The notes under the pieces: model-generated
The model's database searches: none
Told to the model about the DNA's origin: nothing
The model's input: the letters and a program-made list of their open reading frames with translations, nothing else
NCBI GenBank assembly: GCA_965223005.1
Contig: CBDCVK010000010.1
Span: 32,001-96,000, forward strand
DNA from: Terriglobia bacterium
GTDB taxonomy: Bacteria; Acidobacteriota; Terriglobia; JAJPHL01; JAPKYU01
DNA length: 64,000 nucleotides
Reading direction: 5' to 3'
Part shown: piece after piece, positions 39,697 to 49,025 of the stretch
Layout of the letters: each line of letters begins with the position of its first letter
Numbering within the stretch: the first letter of the stretch is position 1
Program-made: the position numbers and the translations under genes

Positions 39697-40812
39697 ATGC
39701 CACTGGCCGGGCAGGCCACTGCAGAAGGAACTGCGGCTTACCGCGAGCGGTTTTCTGCCGCCGCCCGGGCCGGCCATTTTCGTCAGATGCAAGGTCTGTG
39801 GATGTCCTCGGTGGGTATCGGCACCTATCTGGGGGAGCCCGACGAGGCCACCGACCAGGCCTACACTGCCGCGGTCACCCGCGCTCTGGAGCTGGGCGCG
39901 AACGTCATTGACACCGCCATCAACTACCGCCTTCAACGCAGCGAGCGCTCGATCGGGGCGGCGCTGGCCGCGCTCACAGCCCAGGGACGCGTTCGCCGCG
40001 AGGAAGTGGTGGTCTGCACCAAGGCTGGCTTCCTGACGCCCGACGGCGAGATGCCCGGCAACCCGGGACACTATTTCCAGGAAAATTACCTACAACCGGG
40101 CATCTGCACCGCCCAGGACATTGCGGCCGGTGTGCACTGCATGACGCCACGGTACCTGGACGACCAGTTGGACCGCAGCCTGCGCAACCTGGGCCTGGAA
40201 TGTATTGACGTCTTCTACCTGCACAACCCGGAGACGCAGCTGTCGGCGGTCCCCCGCCAGGAATTTCTCCGGCGCCTCCGTCTGGCTTTTGAACTTCTCG
40301 AGCACAAGGTGGAGGAGGGGAAGATTCAGTGGTACGGCACCGCCACCTGGAGCGGCTATCGCCAACCGCCCGGCTCGCGCGACTACCTTTCGCTTGAGGA
40401 GGCGGCCCTGGCGGCGCGCGAGGTCGCCGGCGAGCAGCACCACCTCCGCTTCCTCCAGTTGCCCTTTAACCTGGCGATGCCGGAGGCGTTTGTGGCCCAC
40501 AACCAAACGCTCGGGGGCCGCGCCTCAAACCTGCTCGACGCGGCCCGCGAGTTGGGAATTACGGTGGTGGCCAGCGCCAGCCTGCTGCAGGCCAGCCTGG
40601 TCGCCGGGCTGCCGGCGATCGTCGGCGAGGTTTTGGATGGGCTCGAGAGCGACGCGGAGCGGGCCCTGCAGTTTGCCCGCTCCGCCCCGGGCGTTGGGGT
40701 GGCGCTGGTGGGCATGAAAAACGCGGCGCACGTGGAAGAGAACCTTCGCATGGCCGAGGTCCCGCCGGCCCCGCCGGCGCAATTCCTCAAGCTGTTCGAG
40801 GTCAAGAATTGA
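39697..40812 (+). CDS. Aldo/keto reductase
   Basis: GIGTY, IDTAINY..SE, TKAG, SL.NL...IDVFYLHNP, QLPFN. Confidence 0.9.
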   Translation: MPLAGQATAEGTAAYRERFSAAARAGHFRQMQGLWMSSVGIGTYLGEPDEATDQAYTAAVTRALELGANVIDTAINYRLQRSERSIGAALAALTAQGRVRREEVVVCTKAGFLTPDGEMPGNPGHYFQENYLQPGICTAQDIAAGVHCMTPRYLDDQLDRSLRNLGLECIDVFYLHNPETQLSAVPRQEFLRRLRLAFELLEHKVEEGKIQWYGTATWSGYRQPPGSRDYLSLEEAALAAREVAGEQHHLRFLQLPFNLAMPEAFVAHNQTLGGRASNLLDAARELGITVVASASLLQASLVAGLPAIVGEVLDGLESDAERALQFARSAPGVGVALVGMKNAAHVEENLRMAEVPPAPPAQFLKLFEVKN

Positions 40813-40907
40813 ATCATTGACGATTCGATCATTGACGATTTGCTATGCAGGAACCAACGAGACAATCGTCAATACAGCCACTTCCCACCGGCCAACAATC
40901 GTCAATG
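40813..40907. repeat. Direct plus inverted ATTGACGATT repeats
   Basis: atcattgacgatt at 40813 and 40828; reverse complement aatcgtcaat at 40864 and 40897. Confidence 0.8.
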
Positions 40908-42137
40908 GATCAAATGCTAATAGATCAATCTGGGGCCTCACTGCTTCCCGTTTTGTTGCCCTTTGAGGCTTCCCGTTTTGATTTCACTGCCATTCCTGCG
41001 AGTCCGGGGATTTTCCTCCTGGAAACTGAGGGCGAGCCCTTCTTAGGAAAGAGCGCGTCGTTGCGCCGCCGGCTGCAACGCCTGTTGGGACCCCTGTTGG
41101 GACCCCTGTCGGGACCATTGCCGGGGTCTCCCGAACCGACGCCCGCCGGGACCAGGGAGGCCGCCCGCAGCGCCCGGCGCTTGAACTTGCGCGGTGCCAC
41201 CACCGCCATCCGTTACCGCGCGACCGGCTCCGTGTTTGAAACCTCCGTGTTGCTCTATCGGGCGGCGCGGGCTGCTTTTCCCGAACGCTACCGCGAGCTG
41301 CTCCGGCTGCGTCCGCCGCCGCTGCTGAAGGTGAACCTGGCGAATCCCTATCCGCGCTGCTACGTCACGCGCCGCCTGGGACCTGGTCCGGCCCTCTACT
41401 ACGGGCCGTTTCCGACGCGGGCTGCGGCCGAGAAGTTCGCCCCGCAAATCCTGGACCTGTTCCTGGTGCGCCGGTGCGTGGAGGCGATCCATCCGGACCC
41501 GTCTCATCCCGGCTGCATCTACGGCGAGATGAGCATGTGCCTGCGCCCGTGCCAGGACGCCTGCACCCAGGAGCACTATCGGGAGGAGGTGGCGCGCCTT
41601 ACGACTTTCTTCTCCAGTAGCGGCACGTCGCTGGTAAAGATCATCGAGGCCGAGCGCGACGCCGCCTCCGAGCAACTGGACTTTGAGGAGGCTGCGCGCC
41701 TGCAACGGCGACTGGAGAAGGTCGAACAGGCGATGAAGCACAGGCCTGAGCTTGCCATGGACCTGGAGCACCTGAACGGACTGGTGATACAACCGTCGGC
41801 CCAATCGCCCGCAGTGGAATTGTTCCCTCTCTGGAGGGGCTTCCTGCAGCCCCAAGTAACCTTTACCTTGGAGGTGGTGGATGGCAGGCCGGTGTCGCTG
41901 GACGCCCGGCTGCGCGAGCTGCTCCTAGGCCTAGAGTTCAGTGAGGGCTCGGTGCGGTCTCGTGCCGAGCATCTGGCGTTACTGGCGCGCTGGTACTACC
42001 GTGGCACGCGGGTGGGCGAGTTCGTTCCCTTTGACAGCTACCGGCAGCTTCCTTTCCGTAAGATTGTCGGGGCCGTCAGCCGCGTGGCCCGCCGCGCTTC
42101 TCCACCCCCGGGTTCATCGGAAACGCTTCCCGCCTGA
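40905..42137 (+). CDS. UvrC N-terminal-half paralogue (GIY-YIG-like + Cys cluster + UVR)
   Basis: PGIFL...FLGKSASLRRRL, YYGPF, RRC...GCIY.EM.MCLRPC..AC, ASEQLDFEEAARL; start uncertain. Confidence 0.8.
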   Translation: MDQMLIDQSGASLLPVLLPFEASRFDFTAIPASPGIFLLETEGEPFLGKSASLRRRLQRLLGPLLGPLSGPLPGSPEPTPAGTREAARSARRLNLRGATTAIRYRATGSVFETSVLLYRAARAAFPERYRELLRLRPPPLLKVNLANPYPRCYVTRRLGPGPALYYGPFPTRAAAEKFAPQILDLFLVRRCVEAIHPDPSHPGCIYGEMSMCLRPCQDACTQEHYREEVARLTTFFSSSGTSLVKIIEAERDAASEQLDFEEAARLQRRLEKVEQAMKHRPELAMDLEHLNGLVIQPSAQSPAVELFPLWRGFLQPQVTFTLEVVDGRPVSLDARLRELLLGLEFSEGSVRSRAEHLALLARWYYRGTRVGEFVPFDSYRQLPFRKIVGAVSRVARRASPPPGSSETLPA

Positions 42138-42225
42138 GCTTGGCGTTTTGGACAGGCCCCACCGCCCACTACTCAGGCGCGCCAGGCTTGCGGAAAAGGC
42201 GTGACTGATATATGGAACCAGAGAA

Positions 42226-43998
42226 ATGGAATGCATGCCCCAGCAGCAAAGGCTTTCCTTGCGCTGGTATCTGATCCTGTTCGGCTTTTCAGCCGCGGTG
42301 GGCCTCCTAGTGTTGTGGCGTTATCCGGTCATCTATGGTGGTGACCCGATTATTCGCCTGACGAACTGGGAGCACCTTCGGCTGGCTTACCAATTACCCC
42401 TATTCCAGATGGTGGTCCACTTGGCCACCCGCATTACCCCTGACCCGCTTTTTCTCCGCTTGGTCCTGGTGCTGATTTCTGCGCTGGGAGCGTGCGGAAT
42501 GGCGCGGTTGGCCGCTACCGCCTTTGGGGCCGAAAGTGGAATCTACGCCGGCCTGCTGTTTGCTTCCAATCACTTCCTGATCTTCCTGGGAAGTGCGCCC
42601 TACCAGGAGGTACTGGAGTTGACCCTGCTGTTTTGGGGCCTGGCTTTGATTTTCGGCCGGTCCCGGAGAGCGGTGCAGGCAGCCGGTTACCTGTTGCTGG
42701 CTGCCGCCTGCCTCACTCGCTATGAGGCGTGGTTTGCGGCCCTGGCAGCGGCGATGGTGCGCCTGATCCAGTGCCGCCCGCGCCCTCTCGCAGCCTTGCG
42801 CCTTGCGCTGCCGTTCGCCCTCGGCCCGCTGGCCTGGATCATTCTTAATCATGGCCTTTCTCCAGGCGGAACCATCTTGTTCGACCCCGCTTTCCGGCCA
42901 GCGCGCTTGTGGCGGATTCCCTACCTTTTGGGCGCGTCGCTGAACCACACCACGTCAGTGGTGGCGGTGTTGGCGCTTGCCGGATTCTGGATCTGGTGGC
43001 GGGATCCGGAGCGGAAACGGCATGCGGGGGTCGTTGAAACCTTGCTGCTAGCGATGGGGTTTTTCCTGCTAGCGCTGCCCCTGACCGCCCACGGAATGGA
43101 GCCGGATTACGACCGCTACGTGACCAACCGCGAAGTCCATTTCCTGCTACCGTGCGGGTTTCTCATGGCGGCTGCCGGATTGCGCTGGCTTCGCGGTCGC
43201 ATGCCGGCCGTATTGGCCGTGACGGCAGCCCCGGCCGTCCTGGTGTTTCTGGTGACGTTTGCCTACGAGGGCTATGCCACCAAGAGAATCCTGGACCAGT
43301 CGGTGAACGAGGGCAATCTGCAGTTGGACTTCGCGCTGGCGCAGATGCTTTCCACGCGCCTCGGTCCCGATCAAACGGCGCTGATTTTCGCCCGCCCCTT
43401 GCCTCCGGAGCAGACGCAGCATTTTTTGGAGTTGATCCGGCGCCGGCAGGGCGAGGCCGGAGTCCGGGCCGCCCGCCAGATGATGGCGGGCATAAACATC
43501 TGGCCTTTCGACTACGCCCGCATCTGGGTGCACGCGCCGCGGCTGCGCGAACAGCTGGTGCGGGCACAGCAGGCCGATGGTTGGGCCCCAGGCTCAGCGG
43601 CGCTGGCCATCGTCTTTGATGACTACACACCCTCGAACCCTGCCGAGCAGGCGTTGCTGGAAAGGGTGCAGCGGGTAGCCACGGCCAGCGAGCGTTACCC
43701 GCCTTTGCTTCCCGAACGTGCCGGCGCCACCGTCTACTTCTTGTCGCGCTCTCTGTCCGTGTTGCCCTCCCTTACTTTGCCCATTTACGCTTGGGCGCCA
43801 GTTCGTTGTAGAATTCCTGCGCAATTAAGGTCAAGTTTCTATGTCGGCGTATCGACCCCGAGATCCTCTTCTTCTGTCGGTGGAGACCCCCTTGCGGGCG
43901 GTCTTTCGCCCGCTCGGGTTCCGGCTCGAGGTCGAAACCAACGACCGGCGGATTCTGGAATCCGTGGAGTCAAGTTTCCGCATTTTTTCGCAGGCTGA
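42226..43998 (+). CDS. Polytopic membrane protein, GT-C/ArnT-like glycosyltransferase candidate
   Basis: About 10 TM segments, GGDP loop after TM1, PYQE, LTRYEAW; the C-terminal tail overlaps the next gene. Confidence 0.6.
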   Translation: MECMPQQQRLSLRWYLILFGFSAAVGLLVLWRYPVIYGGDPIIRLTNWEHLRLAYQLPLFQMVVHLATRITPDPLFLRLVLVLISALGACGMARLAATAFGAESGIYAGLLFASNHFLIFLGSAPYQEVLELTLLFWGLALIFGRSRRAVQAAGYLLLAAACLTRYEAWFAALAAAMVRLIQCRPRPLAALRLALPFALGPLAWIILNHGLSPGGTILFDPAFRPARLWRIPYLLGASLNHTTSVVAVLALAGFWIWWRDPERKRHAGVVETLLLAMGFFLLALPLTAHGMEPDYDRYVTNREVHFLLPCGFLMAAAGLRWLRGRMPAVLAVTAAPAVLVFLVTFAYEGYATKRILDQSVNEGNLQLDFALAQMLSTRLGPDQTALIFARPLPPEQTQHFLELIRRRQGEAGVRAARQMMAGINIWPFDYARIWVHAPRLREQLVRAQQADGWAPGSAALAIVFDDYTPSNPAEQALLERVQRVATASERYPPLLPERAGATVYFLSRSLSVLPSLTLPIYAWAPVRCRIPAQLRSSFYVGVSTPRSSSSVGGDPLAGGLSPARVPARGRNQRPADSGIRGVKFPHFFAG

Positions 43999-44851
43999 GC
44001 CTCTTGCCGGCGTGCCGACTGAGGAAGCTAGCCTGCACATGCGGCTTGTGTGCGCGCCTTCAGATTCCAATGGGCCTCCCTGGGCGCCGGCGGCATATCG
44101 GGCCTGGGGGGACCTGTTCGCCGTGGTGTGCGGTCCGGATAATTTCATGGTGGCGGACCTGGACCGGCGGCGGGTCATGGGTTTTTTTTCACCAGCGATG
44201 CTGGAAGACCGCGAGTTCTTCCGCTGGACCTTTCCTGACTGCGCCACCTATGTGTTGCTGGTGCACCACTGGCTCACCCCGGTGCACGCCTCCTGCGTCG
44301 TGCGCGACGGGTATGGCATCTGCCTGTCGGGACCAGCGGGGGCCGGCAAAACATCGCTGGCCTACGCTTGCGCCCGCGCCGGCTATCGGCTGTTGACTGA
44401 GGATGTCGTTTACTTGAACCGTTCTGAAAACTCGGCGGCGCTTCTAGGAAACCCCACACACCTTCACTTTCTGGTGTCGGCGCGCGAGCTGTTTCCCGAG
44501 CTCAAGCAGGCCCAGGTCACTATGAGTCGTGACCGCCAGGAGTGCCTGGCGGTGCGCACGGAGGAATGGCTGCCGGGTCGCGCGGTGACCGAGGCCAAGC
44601 CCGGCATGGTGGTTTTTCTCGAGCGCAGTGCCGGCGCCGCGCCGGTCCTGGAAACAGTGCCTGCTGCCGAGGCACGCCGACTGCTGTTCGAGGCGCTGGT
44701 TCGGCTGGATGACGAGCAAACCATGGTGGCACACGGCCAAGCGCTCCGGCGTTTTGTCGAAGCCGGCGCCTACCGGCTCCGCTACTCCAATTGGGACCAG
44801 GCTCTCGAACAATTGGACAGCCTGCCTTTGCCAAACAGAACTGCAAAATGA
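43841..44851 (+). CDS. HPr kinase-related P-loop protein
   Basis: PVHASCV...GICLSGPAGAGKTSLAYACARAGYRLLTEDVVYL resembles the HprK catalytic signature. Confidence 0.8.
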   Translation: MSAYRPRDPLLLSVETPLRAVFRPLGFRLEVETNDRRILESVESSFRIFSQAEPLAGVPTEEASLHMRLVCAPSDSNGPPWAPAAYRAWGDLFAVVCGPDNFMVADLDRRRVMGFFSPAMLEDREFFRWTFPDCATYVLLVHHWLTPVHASCVVRDGYGICLSGPAGAGKTSLAYACARAGYRLLTEDVVYLNRSENSAALLGNPTHLHFLVSARELFPELKQAQVTMSRDRQECLAVRTEEWLPGRAVTEAKPGMVVFLERSAGAAPVLETVPAAEARRLLFEALVRLDDEQTMVAHGQALRRFVEAGAYRLRYSNWDQALEQLDSLPLPNRTAK

Positions 44852-45045
44852 TTCCCGGGTCACTGAGCACTGTCGTCTGGATTGGGTTGTTCTTGTTCGC
44901 CTGGGTGCCCCCCGTGTGAGGCCAAGTGGCTTCGGCCACCATTACCCGTGTGGTCTAGGACCCGTCGGGAATGCCGGTCCCAGAAGCGCTGGTGAGGGCG
45001 CAGTCGCTCAACCTCGCTTTCGAGCGTTCGCAGCAGAGCGCAACC
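44848..45045 (+). pseudogene. Decayed 5' fragment of a carboxypeptidase-regulatory/TonB-receptor-type gene
   Basis: MIPGSLSTVVWIGLFLFAWVPPV*GQVASATITRVV*DPSGMPVPEALVRAQSLNLAFERS; stops at 44917 and 44956; ATGA overlap with the kinase stop. Confidence 0.65.
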
Positions 45046-45114
45046 GCGCCGCATCCAGATTGCGCTGAACCTGAATCTGTAAGATTTCATGAAGCGCGAG
45101 CACACGAAAGCACA

Positions 45115-46329
45115 ATGAAGCCCGCGGAATTGGCAACGACGTGCCTTTCTTTTGATCCGCCGACGGCACATCGGGCGCTCGGCGAGTGGGCCACAGGTGA
45201 CGAAGCGAAGCGTCGCAGTCTGCTCACCTTTGCCGACCGGGCCGGTCTGACCCTGCACCTTCGGCGGGTGGCCCAAGACGCAGGGGTAGAGCTGCCTCCC
45301 GCGGACCGGGCGGCCTGCGAGGAACGCCTGCGAAAAAACAGGCTGCGTTTGCAGAAGCACAGGGAGGGGACCGCCGCGCTGTTGGCGCTGTTCCGCAGCG
45401 CCGTCCTGCGTAGCTTCACCCTGGAGCCGGAGTTTGTGCCCGCGGCCCACGACCGGGTCCAATACGACCTGGATTTCTACCTCTCTCCCGACCACGCCCG
45501 GATGGCGTTTGCCCTGCTGCAGGCGCGCGGCTATGAGCCCCTGATCAGCCGTGACGGTGGGCCGCTCGACCACCTGCCTGCGCTGGCCCGCAAGACCGGC
45601 TGGGAATGGCGCGGTGATTTTTTCGACCTCGACATCCCGCTGCGGATTGATCTGCACTTCCAGTTGTGGGACTCCGGCTTCGAATGCATTCCGGTCCAGT
45701 TCCATCCAGAGCCACTGACGCGCCTGACCGAGCGGCACGGGATTCCCATGCTGGACGGCTGCGATCAGCTTGCTTCGTGCGCGTTACACACGCTGCGGCA
45801 CCTGTTCCGGGGCAGCCTACGCGTGTCGCACTTGTACGAAATCGCGTATTTCCTCGACACGCACGCTTCTGCCAGCGAGTTTTGGCGCCAATGGCGCGAG
45901 GCGCTCAACCCGTCCCTGCGCCGCCTTTGCGCCGCCACTTTCGCTTTGGCTTCCCGGGTGTTTCAGTGCCGCCTGGCTCCCGAGCTTGAGCCCGAGATGG
46001 CGCTGCTGCCACCGCGGGCCAGTGCCTGGGTGACGCAGTTTTCCAGCACGGTGGTCGAACAGCAGCGTTCCCGCAAGGCGGAGGTGTTGCTGCAACTGAG
46101 CTTCATTGCAGGATGGCGCCGCCGGCTGCGGGTGCTGCGGCGGCGCTTGCTGCCGCTGTCGCTGCCCGATCCTGTTGATGCGGTCTACCTGCCGGCCGAA
46201 CGGCTCTCTGCGGCACGTCGTCTTCTGCGGACCACGCGCCAGGCTCGCTTTGTTCTGTCTCGCGTATTCTTTCACTTGCGGGCCCTTCCGGGCTTCTTGC
46301 GGGCTGTGGGCGCTTGGTGGTTGCGGTGA
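45115..46329 (+). CDS. Nucleotidyltransferase family protein (NTP_transf_5-like)
   Basis: R.QYDLDF DxD motif, L...GY, H.P.L, IDLHFQLW, H..RH, LYEIA. Confidence 0.75.
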   Translation: MKPAELATTCLSFDPPTAHRALGEWATGDEAKRRSLLTFADRAGLTLHLRRVAQDAGVELPPADRAACEERLRKNRLRLQKHREGTAALLALFRSAVLRSFTLEPEFVPAAHDRVQYDLDFYLSPDHARMAFALLQARGYEPLISRDGGPLDHLPALARKTGWEWRGDFFDLDIPLRIDLHFQLWDSGFECIPVQFHPEPLTRLTERHGIPMLDGCDQLASCALHTLRHLFRGSLRVSHLYEIAYFLDTHASASEFWRQWREALNPSLRRLCAATFALASRVFQCRLAPELEPEMALLPPRASAWVTQFSSTVVEQQRSRKAEVLLQLSFIAGWRRRLRVLRRRLLPLSLPDPVDAVYLPAERLSAARRLLRTTRQARFVLSRVFFHLRALPGFLRAVGAWWLR

Positions 46330-46338
46330 ACCGGGGCG

Positions 46339-47493
46339 TCACGGGCGTGGCGGCCGCTGCGCTATTTGCCGCGTTATTTTCTCCAGCATTTCTGCGCGAA
46401 AGCGCTCCACTTGCCAGCGACGCTGGTAGCTCTCCCGTCCGCCGCGAATAAGTTTTTCCCGAAGCCAGTGGTCGCCCAAGAGCTGAACCAGCGTCCGTGC
46501 CAGATCGGCGGCATTGCCGCGGGGGAACAGCAGGCCGTTGTACCCCGGCTCAATCACTTCCGGGATGCCGCCGGCGTCGGAGGCTACCACTGCAATGCCG
46601 CCCGCGAACGCTTCCAGGATCACCCGCCCCAGGGCCTCTCGATGCGAGGCAACCGCCAACACGTCGAGGTCGGCCAGGGCGCCCGTGGGGGAGGGCAGCG
46701 GCCCGGAAAATTCCACCCGTCTGGCTCCCAACGCCTTTGCCCGCTGGTAAAGCCGGCGGGCGTATGCTTCATCGGCCACAGCCCCCACCAGCCGAAACCG
46801 CGCTTCCGGAAAGGCCTGCAACACTACGGGCGCGGCGCGCAGCAGATCAAGCTGGCCCTTGTCGGGATGAAGCGCACCGATGATTCCGATGATCGGCCGA
46901 TGCGCAGGAGTCGTAGCTGAGATCCGTTGAGCTTGCTGGCTGGGGAGTTTCAGTAGAGGAACGCCGTTGTAGACGACCTCAGCGCTTCGCCGAATCAGGC
47001 TGCGGCGCGAAAACGGCCGCAGGCACGCGTGACTGCAAGCCACCACCGTCGGGCGGGCCAGGCGAGCCGCCGCCTGTACCAGGCGCCGCTCGCGAGCCGA
47101 TGCCAGTTCCAGGTGCAGGTGCCAGAGCAGAGGAAGGCCGCAGCGGCGGGCGACCACCGCCGTGGCAGGAAACAAGCGCGGCCCGTTGGCGTAAAGCAGG
47201 GCCGCCGGCAGCGCGCGCGCCAATTGCGTGAGGCGCGTGACCAATGCCGGATGGCGCAGCGCATAGCGCAGCATGTCGGCTGGCGACTTGGTTTTCGAGC
47301 CGTAGCGTCCCACTGCCAGCGGCTCCCAGCGAATCCGCAGGCGCTCCAGCTCGGCGGTGAGCGGCCCAGGGCCGGGCAGCGCCACCACCGGAGTGTAAGA
47401 TTCGGCCATCGCCGGGAGCAGCTCCAGCAGGGAACGCTGGGCGCCGCCCAATTCCGAAAACTGGTCCGCGATTAGAATCGTTGGACGGCTCAT
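46339..47493 (-). CDS. Glycosyltransferase family 4
   Basis: GGAQRSLL, VYNGV, DKGQ, EALGRVILEA, GGIPEVI; start overlaps the upstream stop. Confidence 0.9.
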   Translation of the reverse strand: MSRPTILIADQFSELGGAQRSLLELLPAMAESYTPVVALPGPGPLTAELERLRIRWEPLAVGRYGSKTKSPADMLRYALRHPALVTRLTQLARALPAALLYANGPRLFPATAVVARRCGLPLLWHLHLELASARERRLVQAAARLARPTVVACSHACLRPFSRRSLIRRSAEVVYNGVPLLKLPSQQAQRISATTPAHRPIIGIIGALHPDKGQLDLLRAAPVVLQAFPEARFRLVGAVADEAYARRLYQRAKALGARRVEFSGPLPSPTGALADLDVLAVASHREALGRVILEAFAGGIAVVASDAGGIPEVIEPGYNGLLFPRGNAADLARTLVQLLGDHWLREKLIRGGRESYQRRWQVERFRAEMLEKITRQIAQRPPRP

Positions 47494-48965
47494 CGCTGGC
47501 TCGGTAACTCCCCCGCTAGCGTGCGGCTGCGCCGTATGGCTGCGCCTAGAATGGCAAAGTACACGGGGGTGACCCGCCAGTAGGTGAGGGTGTCGCCGGA
47601 GAGCATCTGCACCATCTGACCGCACCAGAAAGCAAATAGGAAGCAGCCGAGTGCCGCTACGGCGGCCTCGCTGTGACGGCCCAGGCGGTAGGCGTGCGCC
47701 AACAGCGCTCCGCACAGCAACAACAAAGCTAATAGGCCGGGAAGGCCGGTCTCCACCAGCAAGCTCAGGTACATATTGTCGGCCACGATGTCCCGCCCGA
47801 AGTACGCGGTGTAGGGAAGCGATTTGTAGCCGATGCCCAACAACAAGTGCTGCGGGTTCTCCGCGAGAAAGCCGGCGAGGAAGTGCCACGATTCCAGGCG
47901 GAAGGAGAACACGCGGTTGGGATCGTCGAGCAGTTGCGAGAAGGTGAAGACTACCCGGTATCCGTAGCGAAGCGCCATTTCAGGCGCAAGCAAGATCACC
48001 GCGAGTGCAGCAGCGGCCGACAGCATCACCATCCTGAGTACGGGGCGGAGGCGCCACAGCGCGTTTCGGCGCAGCCAAGCCAGCACCAACAGCGCGATCA
48101 GAAGGTTGGCCATGGAAGCGCGCGAGAAGGAAAGCAGCAGCGCGGCCGCTAGCACAGGCACCGGCAGCCAGAGGAGCCAGTTTGGAAGACGGAGCTGGCG
48201 GCGCGCTTCCCCATCCAAGGCCGCAATCAGCGCCAGCACCATGGCGCAGAAATTTCCCAGCGTGCTGGCGTCATAGAAGACACCCTGCGCCCGCCGGTAG
48301 TGGCCTTCCGGCATGTAAATGTACTGGGCAGAGAAGCGCACCGGAGTGGGGAACTTGTAGAAAAAATCCACAACGGCGAAGGCTGCCGACAACAACGCCA
48401 CCACGAGCACAACTTTTACCAGCAGCGCGGCGAAGTTTCCGGAGCTTCTGGAGCCATCTGCTCCGGCGCGCGCTGCCGGGCCCCAGGCGGTCCAGGCCAG
48501 CAGGACGAAACTCTGGCAGAGCAGTAACCAGCGGAGTGCGGACTGCGCTCCGACGGCGGTCCCGGAGTAAAAAAATGCGAGGGGAAGTGACGCCAGCAGG
48601 ATGCCGAGAAACGCGTACCAGGCCAGGACCAGCGAGCTACGTTCCAGGCGCCATTCGGGCAAGCGTACCCAGCCGACCAGCAGTGCAGCCGCGAACACTG
48701 CAACCGCCGGATGCACCGGCAATTCCAGCCCGGCCACCGTAACTGGAAATGGCGGAGCCACCAGCGCAAGAGCAATCCAGATGGGAATCCAGGCGAGAGG
48801 GTGGCTGAGCAGGAAAGCCAGAGCTGCGGCGGCCGCCGGAACAATCAGCAAAGCAGCCGTCGCCGGCACGTCGCGTATCAGAGCGGCCGTTCCGGCGGAG
48901 GCTGCAATCAGCGCCAGTGGCCAGCGGCGCGCCTGAGGGAACGGGAAACCAAACTGATGCATCAC
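47490..48965 (-). CDS. O-antigen ligase/Wzy-family membrane protein
   Basis: Multi-TM; RAQGVF, SFSRAS, R...W, LGIGY, DNMYLSLLVETGLPG. Confidence 0.85.
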   Translation of the reverse strand: MMHQFGFPFPQARRWPLALIAASAGTAALIRDVPATAALLIVPAAAAALAFLLSHPLAWIPIWIALALVAPPFPVTVAGLELPVHPAVAVFAAALLVGWVRLPEWRLERSSLVLAWYAFLGILLASLPLAFFYSGTAVGAQSALRWLLLCQSFVLLAWTAWGPAARAGADGSRSSGNFAALLVKVVLVVALLSAAFAVVDFFYKFPTPVRFSAQYIYMPEGHYRRAQGVFYDASTLGNFCAMVLALIAALDGEARRQLRLPNWLLWLPVPVLAAALLLSFSRASMANLLIALLVLAWLRRNALWRLRPVLRMVMLSAAAALAVILLAPEMALRYGYRVVFTFSQLLDDPNRVFSFRLESWHFLAGFLAENPQHLLLGIGYKSLPYTAYFGRDIVADNMYLSLLVETGLPGLLALLLLCGALLAHAYRLGRHSEAAVAALGCFLFAFWCGQMVQMLSGDTLTYWRVTPVYFAILGAAIRRSRTLAGELPSQR

Positions 48966-49025
48966 AATTTGGATATCTGCGACTTAAATCTGGAAATTAA
49001 TCCTAGATTCCGCCAATTGTGAGGA

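Noticed and set aside
44917-44958. In-frame TGA and TAG as selenocysteine/pyrrolysine or recoded stops
   Set aside because: Both codons end normal genes in this window; single-base nonsense changes (TGG, CAG) plus truncation fit decay better.
43841-46329. Lasso-peptide/RiPP cluster reading of the kinase-NTase pair
   Set aside because: No precursor, asparagine-synthetase-like cyclase, B2 protease or RRE in the window; the only short ORF is a receptor-gene remnant.
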